Origin: Pseudomonadota bacterium
GTDB taxonomy: Bacteria; Pseudomonadota; Alphaproteobacteria; Sphingomonadales; CAKZYD01
Length of the DNA: 24,000 nucleotides
Assembly (NCBI GenBank): GCA_039026755.1
Contig: JBCCLR010000001.1
Span: 1-24,000, forward strand
Direction: 5' to 3'
The position numbers and the translations under genes were made by a program. Positions 1 through 7,447 of this stretch are shown here, one piece after another. The stretch's first letter is position 1. Every line of letters starts with the position of its first letter. The notes beneath the pieces are model-generated. The model was not told the DNA's origin and ran no database searches. It worked only from the letters and a program-made list of their open reading frames with translations.

Positions 1-96
1 CTCAGCGGCCTTGTGCGGCGTATCGATAAGTCAATCAGCGCGTCAAACATTGGCGTGCCCGATGAGCTTAATGCATTTTTGGCAGCACAAGAATAA
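1..96 (+). CDS. fabD: Malonyl-CoA:ACP transacylase FabD, C-terminal 31 codons only (5' part lies left of the window)
   Basis: Frame +1 is open from the window edge to TAA 94-96 and reads LSGLVRRIDKSISASNIGVPDELNAFLAAQE*. This resembles the FabD C-terminus (E. coli ...LTGLTKRIVDTL...). The position immediately upstream of fabG-acpP-fabF fits the canonical fab cluster. Too short for certainty. Confidence 0.6.
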   Translation, partial: LSGLVRRIDKSISASNIGVPDELNAFLAAQE

Positions 97-107
97 AGGC
101 GAAGCGC

Positions 108-851
108 ATGACGACGAGCGATTTAACAGGCAAAAAGGCCCTGGTGACTGGTGCAAGCGGCGATATCGGTGCTGCAATTGCAGTTTTGCTGGATCAATTA
201 GGCGCTAGCGTTGCGCTGTCAGGCACGCGTGAGGACAAGCTTGCCGAGGTGGCTCAAGGCCTCAACAATGCGCCCGCTATCTTGCCGTGTAATTTGTCTG
301 ACCGAGAGGCCGTTGCAGCGCTTCCTGGGCAAGCGGCTGACGCATTGGGCGGGCTTGATATTCTAGTGAATAATGCGGGCCTGACGCGAGATAATCTGGC
401 AATGCGGATGAAGCCGGACGATTGGGATACCGTGATCGAGGTGAACTTGACCGCTGGCTTTCGCCTCGCCCAAGCCTGCTTGCGCGGTATGATGAAGCAG
501 CGCTTTGGCCGCATCATCAACATTTCATCCGTGGTCGGATCGGTCGGCAACCCAGGCCAGACCAATTATGTCGCCTCAAAAGCGGGCATGACCGGCTGGA
601 CCAAATCGCTCGCTGCAGAAGTCGCAAGCCGAAATATCACTGTCAACTGTATCGCGCCTGGGTTCATCAAGACCGCGATGACAGATGCGCTTAGCGATGA
701 GCAAAAAGCGGCGCTAAACGCGCAAATCCCAGCTGGGCGGATGGGAACGGCAGAAGATGTCGCTGCTTGCGCGGCGTTCTTGGCGAGCGATGGTGCAGCC
801 TATGTCACCGGTCAAACCCTGCACGTGAATGGTGGAATGGCGATGCTTTAA
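108..851 (+). CDS. fabG: 3-oxoacyl-ACP reductase FabG (SDR family)
   Basis: 247-aa ORF with ATG 108, 11 nt after the fabD stop and preceded by AAGG. SDR motifs: TGASGDIG (cofactor-binding Gly-rich loop), NNAG, ISSVVG...YVASKAG (Ser/Tyr-x3-Lys catalytic set), and C-terminal TLHVNGGM. Sits between fabD and acpP. Confidence 0.95.
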   Translation: MTTSDLTGKKALVTGASGDIGAAIAVLLDQLGASVALSGTREDKLAEVAQGLNNAPAILPCNLSDREAVAALPGQAADALGGLDILVNNAGLTRDNLAMRMKPDDWDTVIEVNLTAGFRLAQACLRGMMKQRFGRIINISSVVGSVGNPGQTNYVASKAGMTGWTKSLAAEVASRNITVNCIAPGFIKTAMTDALSDEQKAALNAQIPAGRMGTAEDVAACAAFLASDGAAYVTGQTLHVNGGMAML

Positions 852-971
852 GTTTTAGTTCAAATCCCAACAGATTTACGCTTTTGGCTTGATTGAACAT
901 GCGTCAATAGGGTAGGCGCAGGAGAAATTAAAAGATCGCGCGGCATAAACGCCCGCACTTCCAGTGCAAAT

Positions 972-978
972 AAGAGGA
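972..978 (+). promoter_or_regulatory. Shine-Dalgarno AAGAGGA of acpP
   Basis: AAGAGGA ends 8 nt upstream of ATG 987. It is the best SD match I see in the window, consistent with a highly expressed acpP. Confidence 0.6.
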
Positions 979-986
979 AAACGCCC

Positions 987-1226
987 ATGAGTGACGTTGA
1001 AGCAAAGGTCAAAAAGATTGTCGTTGAGCATCTTGGCGTTGACGAAGCAAAAGTCTCCGATGACGCAAGCTTTATTGACGATCTGGGGGCCGACAGCTTG
1101 GACACTGTCGAGCTGGTGATGGCCTTTGAAGAAGAATTTGGTGTCGAAATTCCCGATGATGCGGCGGAAAACATCGTGACCGTGCGCGATGCGGTAAAAT
1201 TCATCACGGATAATAGCGACGCGTAA
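987..1226 (+). CDS. acpP: Acyl carrier protein
   Basis: 79-aa acidic protein with the phosphopantetheine attachment motif [20 protein letters not shown]. Canonical position between fabG and fabF. Confidence 0.97.
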   Translation: MSDVEAKVKKIVVEHLGVDEAKVSDDASFIDDLGADSLDTVELVMAFEEEFGVEIPDDAAENIVTVRDAVKFITDNSDA

Positions 1227-1233
1227 AAAAATT

Positions 1234-1265
1234 GCGCTTGCCGCATGGGTGCGGCTCTAAAGCGT
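1234..1265 (+). terminator. Stem-loop between acpP and fabF (possible attenuator or mRNA-end structure, not a canonical intrinsic terminator)
   Basis: GCCGCA (1240-1245) tggg TGCGGC (1250-1255) forms a perfect 6-bp GC-rich stem. It is extendable by CGCTT (1235-1239)/AAGCG (1260-1264) across a 4-nt internal loop. It starts 8 nt after the acpP stop. No U-tract follows (ATATAAAGG), so at most partial termination or stabilisation. Confidence 0.3.
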
Positions 1266-1323
1266 ATATAAAGGCCGAACCTTAAGGCCGATTGTTTAAA
1301 CGCAACAATTGGGACGACCCATC

Positions 1324-2586
1324 ATGCGCCGTGTTGTTGTCACTGGTCTTGGCCTTGTAACACCGCTTGCGGGTAACGTTAAAGCAACGTGGTCTCGGCT
1401 GCTTGCAGGGCAAAGCGGCGCGGGACACATCAGCTATTTCGATACCGAAGGCTTTGCCACGACCATCGCCTGCCAGGTGCCAACGGATGAGGCAGACGCT
1501 GATCGCTTTGATGCAGAGGCTTATCTGCCTGCAAAAGAAATCCGCAAGATCGACCCCTTCATCGTTTATGGCATCGCAGCAGCGGATCAGGCGATTGAAG
1601 AGGCCGGCCTGGATACCCTAAATGATGAAGCTAAGCTGCGTGCTGGCGTTCTCATCGGTTCTGGGATTGGCGGATTGCCGGGCATTGAGGCAGCCTCTAT
1701 CAACCTCCATGAGCGTGGCCCACGCCGGGTGAGCCCTCACTTCGTGCATGGCCGGCTCATCAATCTTATTTCCGGTCAGGTGTCCATTCGACACGGGCTT
1801 AAAGGCCCTAATCATTCAGTCGTAACCGCCTGTTCAACCGGCGCGCATGCGATTGGCGATGCCGCGCGGCTCATTGCCTACGATGATGCGGATATCATGG
1901 TGGCAGGTGGCTCAGAAGCCACGATTTGCCCACTCGGCATCGCCGGGTTTAATCAGGCGAAAGCACTGTCAACGCGCTATAATGATGCCCCTGAAAAGGC
2001 CAGCCGTCCGTATGACGAAGGCCGCGACGGCTTTGTGATGGGTGAAGGTGCCGGTATTGTTGTGCTTGAAGAATATGAGCACGCCAAAGCACGCGGCGCG
2101 ACCATCTACGGTGAAATCATCGGCTATGGTCTGTCCGGCGACGCCTATCATGTGACGGCACCTGCACCAGACGGTGATGGCGGATACCGCGCCATGCAAA
2201 TGGCGCTCAAGCGCGCTGGCATTGCGGTTGACGATATTGACTATATCAACGCGCACGGCACATCGACACCGCTTGGTGACGAGATTGAGCTAAACGCCGT
2301 ACGCAAGCTGCTAGGCAGTGCGATGGACACGGCATCGATGTCATCAACCAAGTCTGCCATCGGCCATTTGCTCGGTGCCGCCGGTGCTGCTGAAGCGATA
2401 TTCTGCATTTTAGCAATGCGCGATAATGTGGCGCCGCCAACGCTAAATCTCGAAAACCCGTCAGAGAGCTGCGCCGGTGTTGATTTGGTCCCACACACCG
2501 CCAAAGAGCGCGATGTTAACGTGGTGCTCTCCAATAGCTTTGGATTTGGCGGTACCAACGCCACATTAATTTTTAAGGCGCTGTGA
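1324..2586 (+). CDS. fabF: 3-oxoacyl-ACP synthase II (KAS II)
   Basis: The ORF track starts at TTG 1309. I prefer ATG 1324 because MRRVVVTGLGLVTPL is the typical KAS II N-terminus. Active-site motifs: VVTACSTGAHAIGDA (Cys), NAHGTSTPLGD (His), SSTKSAIGHLLGAAG (Lys/His), and C-terminal NSFGFGGTNATLIF. Confidence 0.93.
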   Translation: MRRVVVTGLGLVTPLAGNVKATWSRLLAGQSGAGHISYFDTEGFATTIACQVPTDEADADRFDAEAYLPAKEIRKIDPFIVYGIAAADQAIEEAGLDTLNDEAKLRAGVLIGSGIGGLPGIEAASINLHERGPRRVSPHFVHGRLINLISGQVSIRHGLKGPNHSVVTACSTGAHAIGDAARLIAYDDADIMVAGGSEATICPLGIAGFNQAKALSTRYNDAPEKASRPYDEGRDGFVMGEGAGIVVLEEYEHAKARGATIYGEIIGYGLSGDAYHVTAPAPDGDGGYRAMQMALKRAGIAVDDIDYINAHGTSTPLGDEIELNAVRKLLGSAMDTASMSSTKSAIGHLLGAAGAAEAIFCILAMRDNVAPPTLNLENPSESCAGVDLVPHTAKERDVNVVLSNSFGFGGTNATLIFKAL

Positions 2587-3599
2587 GCACGGCGGACCCC
2601 GTTTCGCCGCTGAAAGGCAGGAATACCGTCCTGCTTATCATCCTCGCGGTGGTTTCTATCGCGGCCATTATTGGCGCAAATATCCTCGGTAAATGGCGTG
2701 CTTTTTCAAGTCGGCCCGGCCCGCTGGCCGAGGTCAGCTCGGTTGTTATCAAGCGCGGCCAGTCAGTCAGAGCAATCGCCGAGCAACTGGAAGCAGCGAA
2801 GATTATCGCGGACGCCGATACATTCCGGTTCGGTGCACGCTTCTTTTCGGGCTCAGCACCAATCAAGGCTGGCGAATTTTCAGTGCCTGCGGGCGCCACC
2901 ATGGCTGAGGTTATGGCTGTGCTGCAGTCAGCCAATGCCGTGCAATACCGGCTCCTCATTCGCGAAGGCATCACCGTCGCGCAAGCTTTGAAATCCGTTA
3001 CAGGCTACAAACGCTTGTCTGGTGTTATTGCAGGTGACTACCCAGAAGGCAGTCTGCTGCCGGATACATATTTTTATGTGCGCGGCGAAGCGCGCGATGC
3101 GGTTTTGCAGCGCATGCGCGACGCCATGGATGAGGAACTCGACGCCGCGTGGCGCGCGCGCAGGGATGCAGATCAGTTGAAGTCTCCTGAAGAGCTATTG
3201 GTTATGGCCTCGATTATTGAAAAAGAGACGGGCCGCGATGAAGAGATGAAGATGGTGTCTGGCGTGTTCCACAACCGCCTGCGCAAGGGCATGAAGCTGC
3301 AATCGGATCCCACAGTCATCTATGGAATTTCACAAGGGCCCCTGGGCCGTTCTCTCAAGCGCAAGGATGTGCGCACGCCGACGCCATACAATACCTACAC
3401 AATCAAAGGGCTGCCACCAGGCCCCATTGCGCTACCGAGCCGTGAAGCACTGATCGCTGCCGGTCAGCCTGCAAAAACCGATGCCTTATTCTTTGTTGTT
3501 GATGGCAGTGGCGGCCATGTCTTTGCTGCGACCTATGCCGAGCACAAGGCCAATATCCGTAAATGGCGCCAGAAGGTGCGGGCGAGGCGAAACAAATGA
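2583..3599 (+). CDS. mltG: Endolytic murein transglycosylase MltG (YceG family)
   Basis: GTG 2583 overlaps the fabF stop (GTGA, 2583-2586). Has an N-terminal membrane anchor (VLLIILAVVSIAAIIGANILG). YceG core with the catalytic-Glu motif MASIIEKETG, plus SGVFHNRL and QSDPTVIYG. Located downstream of fabF as in E. coli. Confidence 0.88.
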   Translation: MSTADPVSPLKGRNTVLLIILAVVSIAAIIGANILGKWRAFSSRPGPLAEVSSVVIKRGQSVRAIAEQLEAAKIIADADTFRFGARFFSGSAPIKAGEFSVPAGATMAEVMAVLQSANAVQYRLLIREGITVAQALKSVTGYKRLSGVIAGDYPEGSLLPDTYFYVRGEARDAVLQRMRDAMDEELDAAWRARRDADQLKSPEELLVMASIIEKETGRDEEMKMVSGVFHNRLRKGMKLQSDPTVIYGISQGPLGRSLKRKDVRTPTPYNTYTIKGLPPGPIALPSREALIAAGQPAKTDALFFVVDGSGGHVFAATYAEHKANIRKWRQKVRARRNK

Positions 3600-4267
3600 C
3601 GCAAGACGTGCCCAATCTGCTGGCGAAGCGTCAGCCGCTCTTATTTGTGCTGTCGTCCCCTTCCGGCGCTGGCAAATCGACACTATCGCGTATGCTGCTG
3701 GAGACGCAGAAAGACATACAATTGTCGGTCAGTGCGACAACCCGCCAGCCGCGATCCGGCGAAGTGGACGGCCAGCACTACCATTTTCTCGATAAAGACC
3801 GGTTTGAAGCGGGTTTAAAAGAAGATGCTTTCCTCGAATATGCGCAGGTTCACGGCAATCTCTACGGTACTCTAAAATCGGAAGTGGACACCATTTTCAA
3901 GCGGGGCAAAGACGTGCTGTTTGATATCGACTGGCAAGGCACGCAGCAAATCCGAGGTCAAAGCGCTGGATCACTGGTGAGTATATTCATTTTGCCACCC
4001 AGTTTGGCCGAACTTGAGCGGCGTTTGCGTAGCCGCGCGCAAGACAGTGACGCAGTTGTGGATCGCCGCATGGCCAAAGCCCGTGATGAGATCAGCCATT
4101 GGGCGGAATATGACTATGTGCTGATGAATGATGATTTAGACGTGTGTTTTGCGGAAGTGTGCACGATCTTGGATGCTGAGCGCAAACGCGCCGAACGACG
4201 CCCAGGCCTCAAAGACGTCGTTCGGAGCCTCATGCATTCATCTGGCGAAATGCCTGGGCAAGTTTAA
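3596..4267 (+). CDS. gmk: Guanylate kinase
   Basis: The ORF track starts at 3563. I prefer ATG 3596, which overlaps the mltG stop (ATGA, 3596-3599) and gives a 223-aa protein of typical size. P-loop SSPSGAGKST, SATTRQPRSGEVDGQHYHF, EYAQVHGNLYGT and DIDWQG are GMP kinase signatures. Confidence 0.92.
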   Translation: MTQDVPNLLAKRQPLLFVLSSPSGAGKSTLSRMLLETQKDIQLSVSATTRQPRSGEVDGQHYHFLDKDRFEAGLKEDAFLEYAQVHGNLYGTLKSEVDTIFKRGKDVLFDIDWQGTQQIRGQSAGSLVSIFILPPSLAELERRLRSRAQDSDAVVDRRMAKARDEISHWAEYDYVLMNDDLDVCFAEVCTILDAERKRAERRPGLKDVVRSLMHSSGEMPGQV

Positions 4268-5063
4268 CATAGCCATCAACCGGCACAGCATCGGCGCGCA
4301 GCGTTTCATCGAGCTGAGCGGCACGGCACAAAGCCATTTCATCGACGTTGAGCGTTTTAAGCGACTGGCGCAACATTTTGCGGCGCTGACCAAAGGCCGC
4401 GGCGGTAATTGCGGAAAGTTGGTTTGGCAAAACACCGGACGGTGCCGCCTTGGGTATAATTTGAACGAGTGTGCTGATGACTTTTGGGGGCGGCGTAAAG
4501 GCGCGCGGCGGAATATCAAATACCGCCCGGGCGCTGCTGCGCCATTGGCTTAAGACAGACAGGCGCCCATAGGCCTTGCTGCCAGGTGCAGCGGTGATGC
4601 GTTGGGCCACTTCCTTTTGAAACAATAAAGTCAAACTGGCCCATTGCGGTGGCCATTGACCAACTTCAAGCCAATGGGAAAGCAAGACCGTCGCCACATT
4701 ATAGGGCAGGTTTGCTACGATTTTTAACTGCTTGTCATTCGGCAACGGCGCAACGAGCGCATCGTCATTGACAACTGTGAGCCGGCTTGGATGCGCATTA
4801 GACACATCGCCAAGCGCCGCAATACAACGCGCGTCTTTCTCAATAGCATAGACATGCTTGGCATTCTCCAGCAACGCACGGGTGAGGCCGCCTGGTCCGG
4901 GGCCAATTTCGAGCACTGTAAAGCTTTCAAGCGGCGCTGCCGCCCTGGCGATTTTACGCGTTAGGTTCAGATCAAGCAGGAAGTTTTGGCCGAGAGATTT
5001 TTGCGCAGAAAGGCCGTATGTCTTGATCACCTCGCGCAGCGGCGGCAGGGCCTCAGCCATCAT
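4230..5063 (-). CDS. rsmA: 16S rRNA (adenine1518/1519-N6)-dimethyltransferase RsmA/KsgA
   Basis: 277 aa. Motifs: N-terminal KSLGQNFL, SAM-binding VLEIGPGPGGLT, and VANLPYNVAT. Last gene of the lptD-surA-pdxA-rsmA run, as in E. coli. The start overlaps the pdxA stop by 11 nt, and the 3' end overlaps gmk by 38 nt. Confidence 0.92.
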   Translation of the reverse strand: MMAEALPPLREVIKTYGLSAQKSLGQNFLLDLNLTRKIARAAAPLESFTVLEIGPGPGGLTRALLENAKHVYAIEKDARCIAALGDVSNAHPSRLTVVNDDALVAPLPNDKQLKIVANLPYNVATVLLSHWLEVGQWPPQWASLTLLFQKEVAQRITAAPGSKAYGRLSVLSQWRSSARAVFDIPPRAFTPPPKVISTLVQIIPKAAPSGVLPNQLSAITAAAFGQRRKMLRQSLKTLNVDEMALCRAAQLDETLRADAVPVDGYVKLAQAFRQMNA

Positions 5064-6078
5064 GATTTTGCATTGCGCGTCGCTCGGCTATGCTGGCAGC
5101 CAGATTAATCGCAGCCAGCATAGACTGTGCATCCGCCTTGCCTTGGCCCGCAATATCAAACGCTGTGCCATGATCCGGCGATGTGCGCACAATTGGCAGC
5201 CCCAGTGTTACATTCACACCATCATAAAAATGCAGCGTTTTAAACGGTACAAGGCCTTGATCGTGATACATCGCCAGCACCGCGTCATAGCGCCCACGCG
5301 CTTCGGCGTGAAACAGACTGTCAGCGGGGTAGGGGCCGGTAATATCAATACCGCGCGCGCGAAGCATTGCAATTGCCGGTTCAATGGTCTCGATTTCCTC
5401 GCGGCCAATTGCGCCATGTTCCCCAGCATGCGGGTTCAGTCCGCACACCGCCAAACGCGGTTTCTTGATATCAAAATCAGCGCGCAGCGCCGCATGTGTC
5501 GTGGCGGCGCGCGCTACAATGAGCTCTTTGGTCACGTGCCTGGGCACGTCCGCGAGAGCGGTGTGGATTGTCACAGGCACCACACGTAAAGAGGGTCCAG
5601 CAAGCATCATCACAGTTTCCAGGCGCGCTGTTTTGCACAGATCGGCAAGAAACTCAGTTTGGCCAGGCGCTTCAAAGCCCGCTTCATAGAGCTGCTGTTT
5701 GGCAACCGGCGCCGTAACCATACCTGACGCTTTACCCTCACTGCACAACTTGGCGGCGGTTTCGAGCGCGGCGATGACGGCTGGCGCGTTTGCAGCACTC
5801 GGCTGGCCTGATACCGCAGCATGCGCAAGTGGCTGATCCAGGATCGGTAACGCATCTGCAAATATTTCGGGGGCTTGCGCAATGTCGGTGACGCATTCTA
5901 ACGGTGCACCTGTAATTGTGGCTGGGTCTGCGATGTAAGCGAACGCTCGCGAGGCCTTCGCCCGCATTTCGCGCCACGCGGCGCTCACAATTTCGGGGCC
6001 AATCCCGGCTGGGTCGCCCATTGAAATTACCAGCGGCGCGCTTTTTCCTGGCCCGTTACTTGTATTCAACAATTGCAT
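5053..6078 (-). CDS. pdxA: 4-hydroxythreonine-4-phosphate dehydrogenase PdxA
   Basis: 341 aa. Motifs: MGDPAGIGPEI, GLNPHAGEHGAIGREE, MYHDQGLVPFK and TSPDHGTAFDIAG are PdxA signatures. ATG 6078 lies 23 nt inside the surA 3' end, and no clear SD is visible. The N-terminus is about 10 aa longer than E. coli PdxA, so the start is slightly uncertain. Confidence 0.92.
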   Translation of the reverse strand: MQLLNTSNGPGKSAPLVISMGDPAGIGPEIVSAAWREMRAKASRAFAYIADPATITGAPLECVTDIAQAPEIFADALPILDQPLAHAAVSGQPSAANAPAVIAALETAAKLCSEGKASGMVTAPVAKQQLYEAGFEAPGQTEFLADLCKTARLETVMMLAGPSLRVVPVTIHTALADVPRHVTKELIVARAATTHAALRADFDIKKPRLAVCGLNPHAGEHGAIGREEIETIEPAIAMLRARGIDITGPYPADSLFHAEARGRYDAVLAMYHDQGLVPFKTLHFYDGVNVTLGLPIVRTSPDHGTAFDIAGQGKADAQSMLAAINLAASIAERRAMQNHDG

Positions 6079-7357
6079 CGCGGCGCAGATCGCGCAAATA
6101 GCGCCGCGCCATCATCGACAGTCGGCGTTGGTTGAGCTGATTTTCAATTGCTGCCGGCGTTGGTGTTTGCACAACCGGTTCTTCCAAATTGCAAACGATA
6201 AACACGCGGTAGCCGCCAGGAAAGCGTATTGCCTCAGTCGTTTGCCCAGCCTCCATTGGCCGTAACGCGCTTTGCAACGGGGGCGGCAAATCACGCAGCC
6301 GCAGACTCCCAAGGTTATTGCCTTCTGCTGCTTCAAAACGCGCTTTTAGCGTATCGATATCACTGCAAGAGCCGCCGGCCCGCGATGCGCCTTCGGCAAG
6401 CCGTTGTGCGCGATCTAGATCGGCCATGATGGGGTTTTCCGCGAGTGGCCAGGCGAGCGAGGCCAGCTCATACTGCGTGTCAAGTGGGTCAACGCTCAGG
6501 ATACGGCGGCGGTCTTTTAAAACGATGATGTAATAGCCGCTTGGTGCTTTGATGGGGTTGGTCATTTGCCCAATCTGCATATTCGGCACCAAGTCACGAA
6601 TGGTGCGCGACAGCTGATCGCCCATCACCCAGCCAAGATCGCCGCCGACTGCAGCGGTCGGCGCTTCAGAAAATTGCCGGGCAAAGGCATCAAACCGGCC
6701 GCCTTGGCGAACCCGCTCAACGATTTGCTGCGCGGTAAATTGCACATCCACTTCATTTTGCGGCGTCGCGTTCAAGAAGATCTCCGCCACATTATATTCA
6801 AATTGACCTTTGGATGCCTCAAGGCGCTCGATAGCTTCTTCGATCTCTTCATCGCCAATAGAAATCTGAGGCTCAAGCCGGCGCTGAATAACCTGGCTCC
6901 ATGCGATTTCCGCGCGAATTTGCTCTTCAAGCGCCCGGCGCGATGTGCCGCTATTTTTCAAATAACTCTCAAACTGCGACGGCTCTTGATTGAAGTTTCC
7001 AGCAACAGAAGAGAACGCACGCTCCACAATGTCTGATGTGACCTCTATTTCATTCTCTTGCGCCGCTTGCATTTGCAGCTTCTCGTCGACAAGCGTGGTG
7101 AGAATTTGTTGGCGCAGCTGCTGCAGCTCTGCTTCCGACAATTCAGTGCCGGTTGAGGCTAAAACCAGAGTCAGGCGGCGGGAAACATCATAGTCAGAAA
7201 TCACGTCTTCATTGACGATTGCGACTGCACGCTGCACTTGTTCCGTGAATTGGGCTGCTGCTTGATTTGCCACAGGTCCTAAAAATAGTACTGCTAATAC
7301 AATACCATATAGGAATTCTTTAACATTAACTATGACGACGAGCCTGCCCATATCCAC
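6056..7357 (-). CDS. surA: SurA-like periplasmic chaperone with parvulin-like modules
   Basis: 433 aa. Signal peptide (FLYGIVLAVLFLGPVANQAAA-Q). SurA N-domain style AIVNEDVISDYDVSRRL. Parvulin-like module with FSEAPTAAVGGDLGW...GYYIIVLKD, followed by a second, more degenerate module. Lies between lptD and pdxA. The start is GTG 7357 in the track; ATG 7351 is an equally plausible alternative. Confidence 0.85.
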   Translation of the reverse strand: MDMGRLVVIVNVKEFLYGIVLAVLFLGPVANQAAAQFTEQVQRAVAIVNEDVISDYDVSRRLTLVLASTGTELSEAELQQLRQQILTTLVDEKLQMQAAQENEIEVTSDIVERAFSSVAGNFNQEPSQFESYLKNSGTSRRALEEQIRAEIAWSQVIQRRLEPQISIGDEEIEEAIERLEASKGQFEYNVAEIFLNATPQNEVDVQFTAQQIVERVRQGGRFDAFARQFSEAPTAAVGGDLGWVMGDQLSRTIRDLVPNMQIGQMTNPIKAPSGYYIIVLKDRRRILSVDPLDTQYELASLAWPLAENPIMADLDRAQRLAEGASRAGGSCSDIDTLKARFEAAEGNNLGSLRLRDLPPPLQSALRPMEAGQTTEAIRFPGGYRVFIVCNLEEPVVQTPTPAAIENQLNQRRLSMMARRYLRDLRRDAIVEYK

Positions 7358-7447
7358 TTTTTGCTAGCGAGGTTCCGCAATACGCCCTCTGCGTCCTCTC
7401 GCTCTAACTTCTGCTCTTTTGCGCCTTTATTATGGCATTCGTTCGCC

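Noticed and set aside
11-208. 65-aa ORF spanning the fabD/fabG junction.
   Set aside because: It overlaps the fabD C-terminus and fabG N-terminus out of frame, and has no motif support.
1271-1291. 8-bp direct repeat AAGGCCGA (1271-1278, 1284-1291) around the palindrome CCTTAAGG in the acpP-fabF spacer.
   Set aside because: It is too short to distinguish from chance, and I recognise no known motif.
4149-4553. 134-aa + strand ORF extending past gmk into rsmA antisense.
   Set aside because: It is an alternative frame of gmk and then antisense to rsmA. Arg/Gly/Cys-rich with no SD.
4858-5589. 243-aa + strand ORF antisense to rsmA and pdxA.
   Set aside because: It lies entirely within two well-supported - strand genes. 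It is Arg/Cys/His-rich with no motifs and no SD, a typical shadow ORF in moderately GC-rich coding DNA.
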